Assembly (NCBI GenBank): GCA_039831155.1
Contig: JBDONT010000029.1
Coordinates: 529 to 64,528 of the forward strand
DNA from: Nautiliaceae bacterium
Lineage (GTDB): Bacteria; Campylobacterota; Campylobacteria; Campylobacterales; Nautiliaceae
Direction of reading: 5' to 3'
DNA: 64,000 bases
Program-made: the position numbers and the translations under genes
The notes under the pieces: generated by a model
Told to the model about the DNA's origin: nothing
The model's input: only the letters and a program-made list of their open reading frames with translations
Database searches by the model: none
Part shown: positions 41,716 to 54,268 of the stretch, one piece after another
Layout of the letters: every line of letters starts with the position of its first letter
How positions within the stretch are numbered: the stretch's first letter is position 1

Positions 41716-42399
41716 TTACATCTCCTTTGCTATATTTATCATTTCTTTAAAAACCTCAATATCCAAACTGGCACTTCCCACCAAAACACCGTTTACATTT
41801 TCTATACTTAAAATATCTCTAATATTATTAAGTTTCACGCTTCCGCCGTATAAAATAGGTCTATTAGTAAGGTTTCTTATTCTTTGATGAGTCTCTTTTA
41901 TCTCTTTCACACTCGCACTAACACCCGTACCGATAGCCCAAACCGGCTCATATGCAATAATTAACCTCTCATACTCTAAATCAATTCCTCTAAACTGTTC
42001 TTTTAAATATTCAATCACTGCACTAATTCCCTCTTTTCTAACTTCAAGAGGTTCGCCTATACAATACATAATTTCAAAACCGTGTTCTTTAAAAAACCTA
42101 AATTTTTCTGCTATAAACTCTTGAGACTCTTTTAAAATATGTCTTCTCTCACTATGACCCAAAATAATTTTATCTATATCAAACTCTTTTAACTGCTCAA
42201 GCCCTACTTCTCCTGTAAAAGCTCCGTTAAATGTAGGATAAGCGTTTTGAGCCCCTACAATCTTTTCTTCAAAAAGAGCAGTAAGAGGAGGATAAACCCT
42301 AACTTCAACCCCTCCGAAATCCATCTCTTTTAATTTTGCAAGATACTCTTTTGTCTCTTTTCTTGTTTTGTTTGTTTTAAAATTCGCCGCTACTATCAT
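41716..42399 (-). CDS. tpiA: Triosephosphate isomerase
   Basis: ANFK, GHSERR, AYEPVWAIGTG, YGGSV, LVGSAS. Confidence 0.97.
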   Translation of the reverse strand: MIVAANFKTNKTRKETKEYLAKLKEMDFGGVEVRVYPPLTALFEEKIVGAQNAYPTFNGAFTGEVGLEQLKEFDIDKIILGHSERRHILKESQEFIAEKFRFFKEHGFEIMYCIGEPLEVRKEGISAVIEYLKEQFRGIDLEYERLIIAYEPVWAIGTGVSASVKEIKETHQRIRNLTNRPILYGGSVKLNNIRDILSIENVNGVLVGSASLDIEVFKEMINIAKEM

Positions 42400-42401
42400 A
42401 T

Positions 42402-43601
42402 CTATTCCTCAACCTCTAATGCCGCAATTCCCGGAAGTTTTTTACCTTCAAGAAGTTCAAGACTAGCTCCTCCACCGGTTGAGATAAAGGTCATCTCTTC
42501 GTCATCTCCTGCTCTTTGCACTGCATCGGCGGTATCTCCTCCACCTACAACCTTAATCCCGTGGCTTCTTGCGATTTCGTGAGAAATTTTAAAGGTACCT
42601 CTAGAAAATTTATCCATCTCATATACACCCATAGGACCGTTCCAAAGAATTGTTTGAGCATCCCATAAAACTTCTCCAAAAAGTCTGACACTAGCCGGTC
42701 CTATATCAAGCCCCATCCATTCATCCGGAATTTCTTGAGCCGTTACGTATTTTATCATAGCGTCTTCACTAAATTTTTCAGCTACGACAATATCTACCGG
42801 TAAGTAAAACTTAACTCCAAGTCTTTTAGCTTCAGCCATAATTTTCAAAGCTTCATCAATCAAATCATCCTCCACTAAACTTTTACCCACTTCATAACCG
42901 ATAGCTTTAAGAAAAGTAAAAGCCATGCCCCCACCGATAATAATTTTATCCACTTTTTGAATTAAATTCATTAACGCTTGAAGTTTGCCGCTAACTTTAC
43001 TTCCTCCTACAACCGCAACGAAAGGTCTTACCGGATTTTCAAGCAATTTATGGAAAAAGTTAATTTCTTTAAGAAGTAAAAATCCGGCCGCTTTATGGTA
43101 TTTATCGTAAAATCTCGTAATAGCTTCCACACTTGCGTGAGCTCTGTGAGATACCCCAAAAGCGTCATTTATATAAAACTCTCCAAATTCACTTAACTCT
43201 TTTGCAAATCCTTCGTCATTTTTCGTTTCTCTAGAATCAAATCTCACATTTTCCAAAAGTAAAATTTCCCCGTTTTTTAACTCCGAAGCCTTACTTTTAG
43301 CATCTTCTCCTACTACATCTTTAGCCATAATTACATCTTGCTTTAATAAATGAGAAAGTCTCTTCGCAACCGGTTTTAAAGAATATTTTTCGTTAAATTC
43401 CCCTTTAGGACGACCCAAATGGGAAGCTATCACAATTTTACAATCGTTATCAAGAAGATATTTTATAGTAGGTATAGCCATTCTTATTCTTCTATCGTCG
43501 GTAATATTTCCGAATTCGTCCAAAGGTACGTTAAAATCACATCTTAAAAACACTCTGCTTCCGGGTTTAAATTCCAAATCTTTAGGTGAATAAAGTTTCA
43601 T
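42402..43601 (-). CDS. pgk: Phosphoglycerate kinase
   Basis: [35 protein letters not shown]; start set at ATG 43601 after AAGGAG. Confidence 0.97.
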   Translation of the reverse strand: MKLYSPKDLEFKPGSRVFLRCDFNVPLDEFGNITDDRRIRMAIPTIKYLLDNDCKIVIASHLGRPKGEFNEKYSLKPVAKRLSHLLKQDVIMAKDVVGEDAKSKASELKNGEILLLENVRFDSRETKNDEGFAKELSEFGEFYINDAFGVSHRAHASVEAITRFYDKYHKAAGFLLLKEINFFHKLLENPVRPFVAVVGGSKVSGKLQALMNLIQKVDKIIIGGGMAFTFLKAIGYEVGKSLVEDDLIDEALKIMAEAKRLGVKFYLPVDIVVAEKFSEDAMIKYVTAQEIPDEWMGLDIGPASVRLFGEVLWDAQTILWNGPMGVYEMDKFSRGTFKISHEIARSHGIKVVGGGDTADAVQRAGDDEEMTFISTGGGASLELLEGKKLPGIAALEVEE

Positions 43602-43694
43602 ATCACTCCTTTTTTTCAAAATTATACCGAATTAATCTTCACTTCAGAAAAAAATTCGATTTAAGTAAAATCAAACGAACTTAAAAGTAACAAT

Positions 43695-44672
43695 TTAATA
43701 TTTAATAACAAATTCCGCCATCTCTATCATTCTATTGGAATATCCCCACTCATTATCATACCAGGAAAAAATTTTTACCAAATCTTTATTCGCTTGAGTT
43801 AAATCCTTAGCTACTATACTGCTTGCCGGATTTGAATTTATATCACTGCTTACCTTATAGTCGTTGTCAATTTCCAAAATCCCTCTTAAATCCGTTTTAG
43901 AATGAAACTCTAAAAGTTCGTTTATTTCATCCGCACTAACTTCACAAGAAAGTTCCAAAACCAAATCCATCAAAGAAACGTTTGCAACCGGTACCCTTAT
44001 GCTTCTTCCGTCAAGCTTTCCTTTTAAATTAGGAAGTACTTTATAAATAGCCTTAGCCGCCCCCGTAAAAGTAGGTATTATATTAACAGCAGCCGCACGA
44101 GAGCGTCTTATGTCTCTGTAATTCGGAGAATCCAAGAGTTTTTGGTCCATCGTATAACTGTGAATAGTTGTCATAAACCCTCTTTTTATCCCGAACTTCT
44201 CATCAATTACCTTAGCTATAGGAGCCAAACAGTTTGTAGTGCAAGAAGCGTTTGAAATAACACTTTCTCCTTTGTAATCTTTATGATTCACACCAAGTAC
44301 GTAAGTAGGGGTATCGTCATTTGCAGGAGCTGAAATAATAACCTTTTTTACATTCCCTTTTATATGTGGCGTAACCTCTTTAGCGGTTAAAAACTTCCCA
44401 CTGCATTCAAGCACTACATCAGCTTCTTTAAAATCGGTCTCTTTAGGAGACGATACACTAGAATAAGAAACAATATTTTTGCCTATTCTTAAAGTCTTTT
44501 CATCTAAAACCTCAACATCCAAAGCTCCTCTTACAGTATCGAATTTAAGCAAATAGACTGCGTGATTTATATCCATAATATCGTTTATAGCTACAATTTC
44601 GACATTTTTTAACATTGCAGCTCTTATTATATTTCTTCCTATTCTTCCAAGTCCGTTAATAGCTATTTTCAT
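43695..44672 (-). CDS. gapA: Glyceraldehyde-3-phosphate dehydrogenase
   Basis: INGLGRIGR, SNASCTTNCLAP, WYDNEWGYS. Confidence 0.97.
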   Translation of the reverse strand: MKIAINGLGRIGRNIIRAAMLKNVEIVAINDIMDINHAVYLLKFDTVRGALDVEVLDEKTLRIGKNIVSYSSVSSPKETDFKEADVVLECSGKFLTAKEVTPHIKGNVKKVIISAPANDDTPTYVLGVNHKDYKGESVISNASCTTNCLAPIAKVIDEKFGIKRGFMTTIHSYTMDQKLLDSPNYRDIRRSRAAAVNIIPTFTGAAKAIYKVLPNLKGKLDGRSIRVPVANVSLMDLVLELSCEVSADEINELLEFHSKTDLRGILEIDNDYKVSSDINSNPASSIVAKDLTQANKDLVKIFSWYDNEWGYSNRMIEMAEFVIKY

Positions 44673-44727
44673 TCCTAGCCTTTTAAAGTTTTTGAAATTA
44701 TATTATAATTAGTAAAAAAGGGGTGTT

Positions 44728-45285
44728 TTGAAAAAAGAAAAAAAATCGGCTCTTTTTGGTGGAAGTTTTGACCCCGTCCATTTAGGACATATACAAATAG
44801 CTAAAAAGGCTTTAAATTTTGCAGATGAAGTAATTATAATGCCAAACTACTTAAACCCTTTAAAACACTCTTTTTCAGCCCCTCCTAATTTAAGATATAA
44901 ATGGCTAAAAAAAGTCTTTAAAAATTTCAAAAACATAAAAGTAAGCACATGGGAAACAGAAAAACAAAGACCGGTTTATTCAATAGAAACGATTAAACAT
45001 TTTAGACCGGATTTTTTTATAATAGGAAGCGACAACCTAAAAGGCTTAGATAAATGGTATAAAATAGACGAAATTTTAAATTTAACGGAGTTTATCGTAG
45101 CTACTCGCGGTGAGGTTGATAAAAATCTCTTAAAAAAGTATAATATCACCAAACTTATAGAAATTGATATCACTATCAGTTCCACTGAAATTCGAAATTG
45201 TAATTTCAAATATATCCCGAAAGAAATAGAAAAAGAAATAAAGGAGTTTTATGGACAGAATTGCAAGAATAAAAGAGTTACTTGA
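44728..45285 (+). CDS. nadD: Nicotinate-nucleotide adenylyltransferase
   Basis: GGSFDPVHLGH, IIGSD, ISSTEIR. Confidence 0.93.
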   Translation: MKKEKKSALFGGSFDPVHLGHIQIAKKALNFADEVIIMPNYLNPLKHSFSAPPNLRYKWLKKVFKNFKNIKVSTWETEKQRPVYSIETIKHFRPDFFIIGSDNLKGLDKWYKIDEILNLTEFIVATRGEVDKNLLKKYNITKLIEIDITISSTEIRNCNFKYIPKEIEKEIKEFYGQNCKNKRVT

Positions 45286-45580
45286 AGAAAAAAAAGCTCT
45301 TGATGTAATGGATTACGATTTAAAGAAAAGTGATTATTTTGTAGATTATGTAATAGTAGCTACAACTATGGCAGACAAACACGCCCAAGCACTGCTTGAT
45401 TATTTAAAAAAAACACTAAAACCTATGGGTGAGAGTTTTTTAGGTGTTGATTCCAGTGACGATTGGACGGTAATTGATTTAGGAGATATTTTAATTCATT
45501 TAATGAGTGAAGAGTATAGAGCGAAATACCAAATGGATAAATTTTTAGAAGAGATAAAAGCAAGACTTAAAAGAGATTAA
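45251..45580 (+). CDS. rsfS: Ribosome silencing factor
   Basis: DYVIVAT, WTVIDLGDILIHLM, YQMD; follows nadD. Confidence 0.92.
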   Translation: MDRIARIKELLEEKKALDVMDYDLKKSDYFVDYVIVATTMADKHAQALLDYLKKTLKPMGESFLGVDSSDDWTVIDLGDILIHLMSEEYRAKYQMDKFLEEIKARLKRD

Positions 45581-45708
45581 TATCTCTTTTTATTCCAATT
45601 ACTTTCTTTTTTCAATCTCTCTTGCAAATATGTTAAAATTCCGATTTCTAAAAGAAAAAATTTTGTAATTATTTAGTAAAATTTTATAAACTCTGAAAAG
45701 GATGATAA

Positions 45709-46491
45709 TTGAACTCTTTTAAAAGTCATATCACTCTTATTTTAGCTCTCGTTTCCATTTTGACAAGCATTTTTTTATATAGATTATTTCGTACCGTCTT
45801 AAACGAATATCAACATACTATTTTAAATAATTATTCAATAGTGATAGTCAGCACTAAAAAAATAGAACATATAGATTATCCTCTAATATCAAGTATTTCT
45901 CAAATAGATATTTCGTCTAAAATAAAAAAATTGAAAAAAAAATTCGAAAATATAAATTTGGAAGATATTTCTTTACCTTTTTTTTATAAACTTAAATTAA
46001 AAACCTTGCCCTCTCCGACGGAATTAAAAAATTTAGAAGAGTTCTTAAAAAGTTTTCCTTATATAAAAAGAGTTTTGACTTATAGCTCGTCCCAAACAAA
46101 AATTTACAATCTTTTAACTCTTTTAAAACTAATCTCCAATATATTTATGTTGGCAATTTCCGCTTTAGGATTTTTATTAATAGTAAAACAGCTGGAAGTA
46201 TGGAAACTTCAACACTCTCAAAGAATGTATATTATGGAACTGTTCGGAGCTCCTTTTTGGTTTAAAGGAGCGGTACTTTTTAAAATAGCTTTCTTAGACT
46301 CTTTAATAGCTATTATTTTAAGTACCATATCGATAATTTTTATAAAAAACTCTTCTCTTTTTAATATGATTGTAAATGACTTAAAAATAAATTTACATAT
46401 CAACTACTTTAAAGAAATATTGTTACTATTAACAATTAGTTTAACCATTTCTTTAATAAGCTCGATTTTGGTAATTATAGGAAAAAAATGA
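45709..46491 (+). CDS. ftsX: Cell division permease FtsX
   Basis: Campylobacter-type FtsX, including IMELFGAPFW and four TMs; precedes an EnvC-like gene. Confidence 0.75.
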   Translation: MNSFKSHITLILALVSILTSIFLYRLFRTVLNEYQHTILNNYSIVIVSTKKIEHIDYPLISSISQIDISSKIKKLKKKFENINLEDISLPFFYKLKLKTLPSPTELKNLEEFLKSFPYIKRVLTYSSSQTKIYNLLTLLKLISNIFMLAISALGFLLIVKQLEVWKLQHSQRMYIMELFGAPFWFKGAVLFKIAFLDSLIAIILSTISIIFIKNSSLFNMIVNDLKINLHINYFKEILLLLTISLTISLISSILVIIGKK

Positions 46492-47603
46492 GGTTTTTTG
46501 CTATTTTATTTATTATCTTAAACTTTAATCTTATAAATGCAAACAATATAAAAAACACAAAAAAAGCTTTAAAATATACATCTTATAAAATAAGCAAAAT
46601 GAATGCTAAATTGGATTATTTAGCAAAAAACATTTTAAAAAGAGAAAATGAAATAAACCTATTATCAAAACAAGAAAACACTATTCGTCATCAAATAAAA
46701 ACTCTTCAAGAAGAATTAAAAAATTCAAATAAAGATTTAAACGAATTACAAACAACACTAAAAACATTACAAGCAAAAAAAGAAAGCATATCGGACGAAA
46801 TTATAAAATTTATTTCTCAAAATTACTACCTAGACACTCAAAAAATCAATTCGTTAAACGACTTGATTTATAGTGAAATAAACAAAAAAATATTAAATAT
46901 TTATGCTAAAAAAATAGCTCTTCTTAGTAAAGCCTTAAAAAATATAAATAAAAACATTTCCGAAATATCACAAAAAATATCCTCCATTTTAAGTAAAAAA
47001 TTAATGCTTCAGCAAAAACAACAAGAACTTGCAAAATTAAAAAATAAAAAACTTTTGGAACTTAAAAAACTTAAAAAACAAAAAGAATTTTATAAAGAAA
47101 AACTAGTAGCAATGCTTAAAAAACAAGAAAGATTAAGAAAAAAACTTCAAGAATTAAAAATAGTAACAAAAAGAATTCACGTAAAAACATTTAATCCTAA
47201 TTACAAAATAAAAACCGCTTCTTATAAAGGAACTAAAACCATTTCTCCGGTAAGAGGAAAAATTATAAAAAAATTCGGAAGTTACATAGACCCTATATAT
47301 AAAATTAGAATTTACAACGATTCCATAACTATTAAAACAAAACCGAACGCCATTATTAGAGCGATAAAAAGCGGAAAAGTGGTTTATATAGGAAAAGCTA
47401 ACGATAAATACGTAATTTTCATAAAACATAAAGGCAATCTTTTCAGCATTTATGCAAATTTAGAAAAAGTATCTCCTCTTTTAAAAAAAGGTTCGTATGT
47501 AAAAAAAGGACAAATAATAGCAAGAGTAAAAGAAAAACTTGAATTTGAAGTTACTTATAAAGATAAACCGATAAACCCTTTGAAGGTAATTAAACTATAC
47601 TAA
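46488..47603 (+). CDS. EnvC-like murein hydrolase activator (coiled coil + degenerate M23)
   Basis: Signal peptide, long coiled coil, SPVRG, FSIYANL, VKKGQIIA, PINPL; lacks M23 Zn ligands. Confidence 0.8.
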   Translation: MRFFAILFIILNFNLINANNIKNTKKALKYTSYKISKMNAKLDYLAKNILKRENEINLLSKQENTIRHQIKTLQEELKNSNKDLNELQTTLKTLQAKKESISDEIIKFISQNYYLDTQKINSLNDLIYSEINKKILNIYAKKIALLSKALKNINKNISEISQKISSILSKKLMLQQKQQELAKLKNKKLLELKKLKKQKEFYKEKLVAMLKKQERLRKKLQELKIVTKRIHVKTFNPNYKIKTASYKGTKTISPVRGKIIKKFGSYIDPIYKIRIYNDSITIKTKPNAIIRAIKSGKVVYIGKANDKYVIFIKHKGNLFSIYANLEKVSPLLKKGSYVKKGQIIARVKEKLEFEVTYKDKPINPLKVIKLY

Positions 47604-47621
47604 AAAAGGATTTTTTGATAA

Positions 47622-48365
<744 letters not shown>

Positions 48366-48374
48366 AGGAGAATC

Positions 48375-48578
48375 ATGAGAATAGAACAAATTAACGCAAA
48401 AGCTTTAGAAAAAGTAAATTACGACAGATACTTATTATCTCAAGCAATTGCAAAAAGAGTAAACGAACTAATAAACGGAGCAAAACCTCTAATCGAACTT
48501 CCTAAAAAAAATATGCAACTTACGGAAATAGCAACTCTTGAAATTGCCGAAGGTCTTATAAAGGTTAAAGAGATTTGA
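48375..48578 (+). CDS. rpoZ: RNA polymerase omega subunit
   Basis: DRYLLSQAIAKRV...IATLEIAEG; between pyrH and spoT. Confidence 0.9.
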   Translation: MRIEQINAKALEKVNYDRYLLSQAIAKRVNELINGAKPLIELPKKNMQLTEIATLEIAEGLIKVKEI

Positions 48579-50689
48579 GAGAAGATTTCGAAAAATTAAT
48601 CCGACAAATTACTTTCGTTAAAACTACAAAAGAAGCTAAAGAGCTTCTTTTAAATCAAATAAACACTCCCTTTATTCAAAAAGCAATAGACTTTGCTATA
48701 AAAGCCCACGAAGGCCAAAAAAGAAAAAGCGGAGAAGATTATGTCATTCATCCACTATTAGTAGCCACTATAACAAGTTATTTCAATAATGACGAAGAAG
48801 TGGTGGTAGCCGCAATTTTACACGATGTCGTAGAAGATACTCCTTATTCGATAGAATATATAAGCGAACATTTTTCTTTAAGCGTAGCACATTTAGTAGA
48901 GGGATTAACTAAAATAGTTGAAATAAGACAGAATTCTTTAATCCCCTCTTCTTCCAATGAAAAACTTACTAAATCCGCTATGACATTTAGAAAAATGCTT
49001 TTAGCTTCCATTAAAGATATAAGAGTATTGGTAATAAAATTATGCGATAGACTTCATAATATGTTAACCTTAGACCCTCTTCCACCACACAAACAAAAAA
49101 GAATAGCGGAAGAGACTCTAGTTGTATATACCCCAATCGCCCACAGACTCGGAATAGCCACTTTAAAAAATTATCTAGAGGATTTGGCTTTTAAATACCT
49201 ATTACCCGACGAATATCAAAAAATAGACTCTTACATAAGAAAAAACAGAGAAAAATTTACTCTAAAACTTAATGAATTCACTCAAAAAGTAACCTCTCTT
49301 TTACAAAAAGAGGGAATAAAAGATTTTGAAATAAAAAGCAGAATAAAACACTATTATTCCATTTTTCTTAAAATGCAAAGAAAAGGCATCTCAATTGAAG
49401 AGATTTTAGACCTGCTAGCTATAAGAATAATAGTAAAAGAACCTATCGAATGCTATAAAACCTTAGGAATAGTTCATTTAAATTTCAGACCCCTTATAAG
49501 CAGGTTTAAAGACTATATAGCAATTCCTAAAGATAACGGTTATCAAACACTTCACACAACCGTTTACGCAAAAGATTCGATTATAGAAGTTCAAATAAGA
49601 ACGTTCGATATGGATAAAAACGCGGAATTCGGAATTGCGGCTCATTGGAAATATAAACTCAATACGCAAATGCCGAATATCAAATGGCTAGAAGATATGA
49701 AATTTGACGAAAATATAGAAGATTTTTACGAACTTGCAAAAAACGATTTATTTAGCGAAGACATAGTCGTATATTCTCCTAAATTCGATACGTTTACGCT
49801 TCCGCTAGGAGCTACCGCTCTTGATTTTGCATATGCAATTCATACGGATGTAGGAAACAAAGCTATAAAAGCTTACGTAAACAAAGAAGAAGTCCCTCTT
49901 CTTCATCAGTTAAAAACGGGAGATATCGTAAGAATCGTAACGGGAGATGAGATTATCCCTAGATGCAGCTGGATAGAATCTTTAAAAACAAGTAAAGCCA
50001 AATACGAACAGAAAAAACTATGCCGTGCAAAAGAAAAAGAGATTAACAAAAAACTTGCAATTGCCATTTTAAAAACAATTTTTGACATAAACGAAAGAAA
50101 AATAAAAGCTTTGTTGAAAGTCAACCGCTTATGCGAAATAACGGAAAAGATACCGGAAGATAAAAATCTCTTAAAAGAAAACGTAAAAAAAATTTACGAT
50201 ACCTTAAAAAAGAAGAATCTTTTATATTTTAAAAAAACGAAACTAAAAGAGTACGTTTTCGGTAACATAAGAATCATAAGCAACAAACCTATAAACGAAA
50301 TAAGTTTCAGTTACTGTTGTCATCCTAAATTCGGAGACAAAATAATAGGACTTTTAAATAAAAAAGAAGTTGAAATTCATCACAGATTTTGTAATAATGC
50401 CGAACATCAAATTAAAAACGCCGTATTTATCGAATGGATTGAAAATAACCAAAATAAATATTTCTTAACGGTAAATCTACCGAACAAAAAAGGAGAACTT
50501 GCAAAATTTATTAATTTTTTAACTAAACTTGACATTTTCATTCATTATATTACTCTGGGAAAAGAGTCAAGTAACTGTAAACTTGAAATTGAGTTTGATT
50601 CAAAAAAATTTGAAAAAATCAAAGAAAAAATTCAAAAAGAATACAACATAATCGAATTTATCTCAACAAAGGACGCATATAATGGATAA
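48575..50689 (+). CDS. spoT: Bifunctional (p)ppGpp synthetase/hydrolase
   Basis: [48 protein letters not shown] and ACT regions. Confidence 0.96.
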   Translation: MREDFEKLIRQITFVKTTKEAKELLLNQINTPFIQKAIDFAIKAHEGQKRKSGEDYVIHPLLVATITSYFNNDEEVVVAAILHDVVEDTPYSIEYISEHFSLSVAHLVEGLTKIVEIRQNSLIPSSSNEKLTKSAMTFRKMLLASIKDIRVLVIKLCDRLHNMLTLDPLPPHKQKRIAEETLVVYTPIAHRLGIATLKNYLEDLAFKYLLPDEYQKIDSYIRKNREKFTLKLNEFTQKVTSLLQKEGIKDFEIKSRIKHYYSIFLKMQRKGISIEEILDLLAIRIIVKEPIECYKTLGIVHLNFRPLISRFKDYIAIPKDNGYQTLHTTVYAKDSIIEVQIRTFDMDKNAEFGIAAHWKYKLNTQMPNIKWLEDMKFDENIEDFYELAKNDLFSEDIVVYSPKFDTFTLPLGATALDFAYAIHTDVGNKAIKAYVNKEEVPLLHQLKTGDIVRIVTGDEIIPRCSWIESLKTSKAKYEQKKLCRAKEKEINKKLAIAILKTIFDINERKIKALLKVNRLCEITEKIPEDKNLLKENVKKIYDTLKKKNLLYFKKTKLKEYVFGNIRIISNKPINEISFSYCCHPKFGDKIIGLLNKKEVEIHHRFCNNAEHQIKNAVFIEWIENNQNKYFLTVNLPNKKGELAKFINFLTKLDIFIHYITLGKESSNCKLEIEFDSKKFEKIKEKIQKEYNIIEFISTKDAYNG

Positions 50690-51905
50690 ACTTACAAAAC
50701 ATCCTAAACTAGACGAGGCAATGGCCGAAATTCAAAGAGGAAGTAGCGAAATAATAGGCCTTGAAAAGATTGAAAAACTGGTAAACAAATTCCTACATAC
50801 GGGTGAGAGATTTACAATAAAAGCAGGATTTGACCCGACAGCTCCAGATTTGCACCTAGGTCATACCGTACTTTTACAAAAATTAAAAACCTTTCAAAAA
50901 TACGGAGCTAAAGTTCAGTTTTTAATAGGAGACTTTACGGCTCAAATAGGAGACCCAACAGGAAAAAGTGCAACCCGTAAAATGTTAACTCCGGATGAAG
51001 TTAAACAAAACGCACAAACTTACAAAACACAGGTATTTAAAATCTTAGATAAAGATTTAACCGATGTAGTGTTTAACAGCGAATGGCTAAACGCATTAGG
51101 GGCTAGTGGAATTGTAGAACTTACCACAACTTATACGGTGGCAAGAATGCTAGAAAGAGATGATTTTGAGAAAAGATACAAATCAAACACCCCTATAGCA
51201 ATAAGTGAATTTATATATCCTCTACTTCAAGGATATGACAGTGTTGCATTAAAAAGCGACATAGAAATAGGAGGAACGGACCAGAAATTTAACCTCTTAA
51301 TGGGAAGACATCTTCAAAAAGTCTATAACGTAGGAAAAGAACAATCGGTTATTATGATGCCTCTACTTGTAGGGCTTGACGGTGTTAATAAAATGAGTAA
51401 ATCCCTTGGAAATTATATAGGAATAACGGAAGACCCAAATACGATTTTCGCAAAAGTTTTAAGTATTTCCGATGAGCTTATGTGGGAGTGGTATGAACTA
51501 TTAAGCGAAAAATCCATTAAAGAAATAGAAGAGCTTAAACAAAAAGTAAAAGAAGGAATGAACCCTAAAATCGCAAAAGAGATGCTCGCTATTGAAATAG
51601 TAGATAGATTCCACGGAAAAGGTACAGGACTCAAAGCAAAAGAACACTTCGACAAAGTACACAAACAAGGTCAAATTCCGGATGATATTAAAATTTTTGA
51701 ACTAGAACCTACTAATATAGTAGACGCTCTTGTAGCTACAAAACTAGCTTCATCCAAAAGTGAAGCAAGACGTCATATAAAAGGTGGGGCGATTAGAATA
51801 AATCAGGAAAAAATAAGCGACCAAAATATAAACTTAGAACCGAACAAAGATTACATTTTACAAATCGGTAAAAGAAAATTCGCAAAAGTAAAAGTGAAAG
51901 GATGA
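50682..51905 (+). CDS. tyrS: Tyrosine--tRNA ligase
   Basis: [32 protein letters not shown]4 domain. Confidence 0.98.
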   Translation: MDKLTKHPKLDEAMAEIQRGSSEIIGLEKIEKLVNKFLHTGERFTIKAGFDPTAPDLHLGHTVLLQKLKTFQKYGAKVQFLIGDFTAQIGDPTGKSATRKMLTPDEVKQNAQTYKTQVFKILDKDLTDVVFNSEWLNALGASGIVELTTTYTVARMLERDDFEKRYKSNTPIAISEFIYPLLQGYDSVALKSDIEIGGTDQKFNLLMGRHLQKVYNVGKEQSVIMMPLLVGLDGVNKMSKSLGNYIGITEDPNTIFAKVLSISDELMWEWYELLSEKSIKEIEELKQKVKEGMNPKIAKEMLAIEIVDRFHGKGTGLKAKEHFDKVHKQGQIPDDIKIFELEPTNIVDALVATKLASSKSEARRHIKGGAIRINQEKISDQNINLEPNKDYILQIGKRKFAKVKVKG

Positions 51906-52993
51906 ATATGAAACCTCTAAAAATAGGAAAACACACAATAAAGCACCCTATTATTCAAGGGGGAATGGGGCTTGGAATCAGTTGGGATAAACTAGCGGGA
52001 AGCGTAAGCCGTGAAGGTGGTTTGGGAGTTATTAGTGCAGTTGGTACGGGATATTACGAAAATAAAAAATACGTAAAAAAACTTGTAGAGGGAAGGCCTC
52101 TTCTTGAGAGCGATTTTTACAACAGAGACGCTCTTTTTAAAATTTTTGAAAACGCAAGAAAAATTTGTGGCGACGCCCCACTTGGGTGTAATGTTTTATA
52201 TGCGATAAACGATTACGGAAGAGTTGTAAGAGACGCTTGTGAAGCCGGAGCAAATATCATAATAACAGGTGCCGGACTTACTATGGATATGCCGGAATTT
52301 ACAAAAGATTTTCCGGAGGTTGCACTTGTACCTATCGTATCTACGGGAAGGGCTTTTAGACTTATTACCAGAAGATGGGAAAAAAGATACGGAAGAATTC
52401 CGGATGCCGTAATTGTGGAAGGTCCTCTAAGTGGTGGACATCAAGGATTTAAATATGAAGAGTGCTTTAAAGAAGAAAACCAACTTGAAAATTTAATCCC
52501 GGATGTTAGAGAAGAAGTGGATAAATGGGATAAAAACATTCCGGTAATTGCAGCCGGTGGAATTTGGACTCACGAAGATATAGTTAAATTCTTAAATTTA
52601 GGTGCAAACGGAGTCCAGCTAGGTACTAGATTTGCCCTAACTTATGAATGCGACGCAAGTGATGAATTTAAAGAAACTCTACTTAACGCAAAAAAAGAAG
52701 ACATTATCTTAATGAAATCTCCGGTAGGATACCCGGCAAGAGGTGTTAAAACAAAACTTATAGAAAAAGTGGAAAAAAAAGAAGGTCCTATTATCAAATG
52801 TATTTCAAATTGTGTCTCTCCTTGTAATAGAGGTGAAGAAGCTAGAAAAGTAGGTTATTGTATTGCCGACAGACTTGCCGACGCATACGAAGGAGACCTT
52901 GAAAACGGACTTTATTTCAGTGGAGCTTATGCATACAGAGCCGATAAACTTCTAAGCGTTAAAGAACTTATGAAAGAGTTATTAGGAGAATAA
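51902..52993 (+). CDS. fabX: FabX-type acyl-ACP dehydrogenase/isomerase (nitronate monooxygenase family)
   Basis: [45 protein letters not shown]; closely resembles H. pylori FabX (HP0773) and has the same tyrS-fabX-amiA position. Confidence 0.8.
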   Translation: MNMKPLKIGKHTIKHPIIQGGMGLGISWDKLAGSVSREGGLGVISAVGTGYYENKKYVKKLVEGRPLLESDFYNRDALFKIFENARKICGDAPLGCNVLYAINDYGRVVRDACEAGANIIITGAGLTMDMPEFTKDFPEVALVPIVSTGRAFRLITRRWEKRYGRIPDAVIVEGPLSGGHQGFKYEECFKEENQLENLIPDVREEVDKWDKNIPVIAAGGIWTHEDIVKFLNLGANGVQLGTRFALTYECDASDEFKETLLNAKKEDIILMKSPVGYPARGVKTKLIEKVEKKEGPIIKCISNCVSPCNRGEEARKVGYCIADRLADAYEGDLENGLYFSGAYAYRADKLLSVKELMKELLGE

Positions 52994-54267
52994 TGAGGTT
53001 TTTATTACTTCTTTTCTCTTTTATATTTATCTTTGCTTGTAATACTTCATCAATAAATAAAGCATATACCGAATATTATAATTATCAAAAAAAATATATT
53101 TCGGCTCTTTTAGATAACAATAAACAAGCCCAAATAAAATATTTAAAAGAGATGATAGAGTGCGGAGAATTTTTACATTTAAATATTACCGATTATAAAA
53201 AAAAGTTACAAAGTTTATCAAAAACATATAAACCGGTTAAAAATTATCCGACACTTTCAAAACATATTAAAATACTCTCTTATAATCCTATAAAAATCAA
53301 ACTTCCTTCAAACCAAGTTACTTTTTTTACTTCCGAATATAAACTCTATAAAAAAGTCTTTGACATCAAAAATGCCGCTATACATAAATTTATAACAAAA
53401 AAACTTAAAAGTAATATTATTCTAAAAATCGCCCAATTTAATAAAAATACGGTAAGAATCGTTTTATATTCGAAATATAAATTCAGAATTAAGTACCGAA
53501 TAAAAAATAATTTACTTACTATTTCCATCATATCCTATCAAAAAAACTTACCCGGCCAACTTTCCGCCGTATCTTTTAAACCTATAAAAAAGCATAAAAA
53601 AGTAATCGTAATAGACCCGGGACACGGCGGAAAAGATGCTGGAGGAGTAGGAATTAAACATAGAATGGAAAAAGAAGCCGTTTTAAAAATAGCGAAATAT
53701 TTAAAAATTTATCTTCAAAGCCAAGGATATATAGTATATCTCACAAGAAAAGGAGATTATTTTATTCCTTTAAAAAAAAGAACTCATTTCGCAAATATAA
53801 AAAAAGCGGATTTATTTATATCCATTCACTGCAATATAGCTCCTAGACATTATAAAAAACCTCACGGAATAGAAACTTACTTTTTATCTCCTACTAGAAA
53901 CGAAAGAGCTATTCAAGTAGCCAGAACGGAAAACAAAGAGATAAAAGGTCTAAATTATTTAGACCAAAGAGTAATTTTAAATTTTTTAAATAGAGACAGA
54001 ATGATTAATTCAAACAAACTAGCGATAGACATTCAAAAAGGTATGTTACTGTCTTTAAGAAAAAAATATTCTCGAATAAAAGACGGAGGAGTAAGACCAG
54101 CTCCCTTTTGGGTACTAGTTGGTACTCAAATGCCGGCTATTTTAATAGAAACGGGTTACCTTACAAACCCTTTAGAATCAAAAAGACTTTTTAATCCCGA
54201 ATATCAAAAAAACTTAGCTAAAGGAATAGCCGAGGGTATAAAAAGCTATTTTAAAAAAAACCCTTAA
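52993..54267 (+). CDS. amiA: N-acetylmuramoyl-L-alanine amidase (AMIN + Amidase_3)
   Basis: IDPGHGGKD, KE, SIHCN, MPAILIETGYLTN. Confidence 0.92.
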   Translation: MRFLLLLFSFIFIFACNTSSINKAYTEYYNYQKKYISALLDNNKQAQIKYLKEMIECGEFLHLNITDYKKKLQSLSKTYKPVKNYPTLSKHIKILSYNPIKIKLPSNQVTFFTSEYKLYKKVFDIKNAAIHKFITKKLKSNIILKIAQFNKNTVRIVLYSKYKFRIKYRIKNNLLTISIISYQKNLPGQLSAVSFKPIKKHKKVIVIDPGHGGKDAGGVGIKHRMEKEAVLKIAKYLKIYLQSQGYIVYLTRKGDYFIPLKKRTHFANIKKADLFISIHCNIAPRHYKKPHGIETYFLSPTRNERAIQVARTENKEIKGLNYLDQRVILNFLNRDRMINSNKLAIDIQKGMLLSLRKKYSRIKDGGVRPAPFWVLVGTQMPAILIETGYLTNPLESKRLFNPEYQKNLAKGIAEGIKSYFKKNP

Positions 54268-54268
54268 T

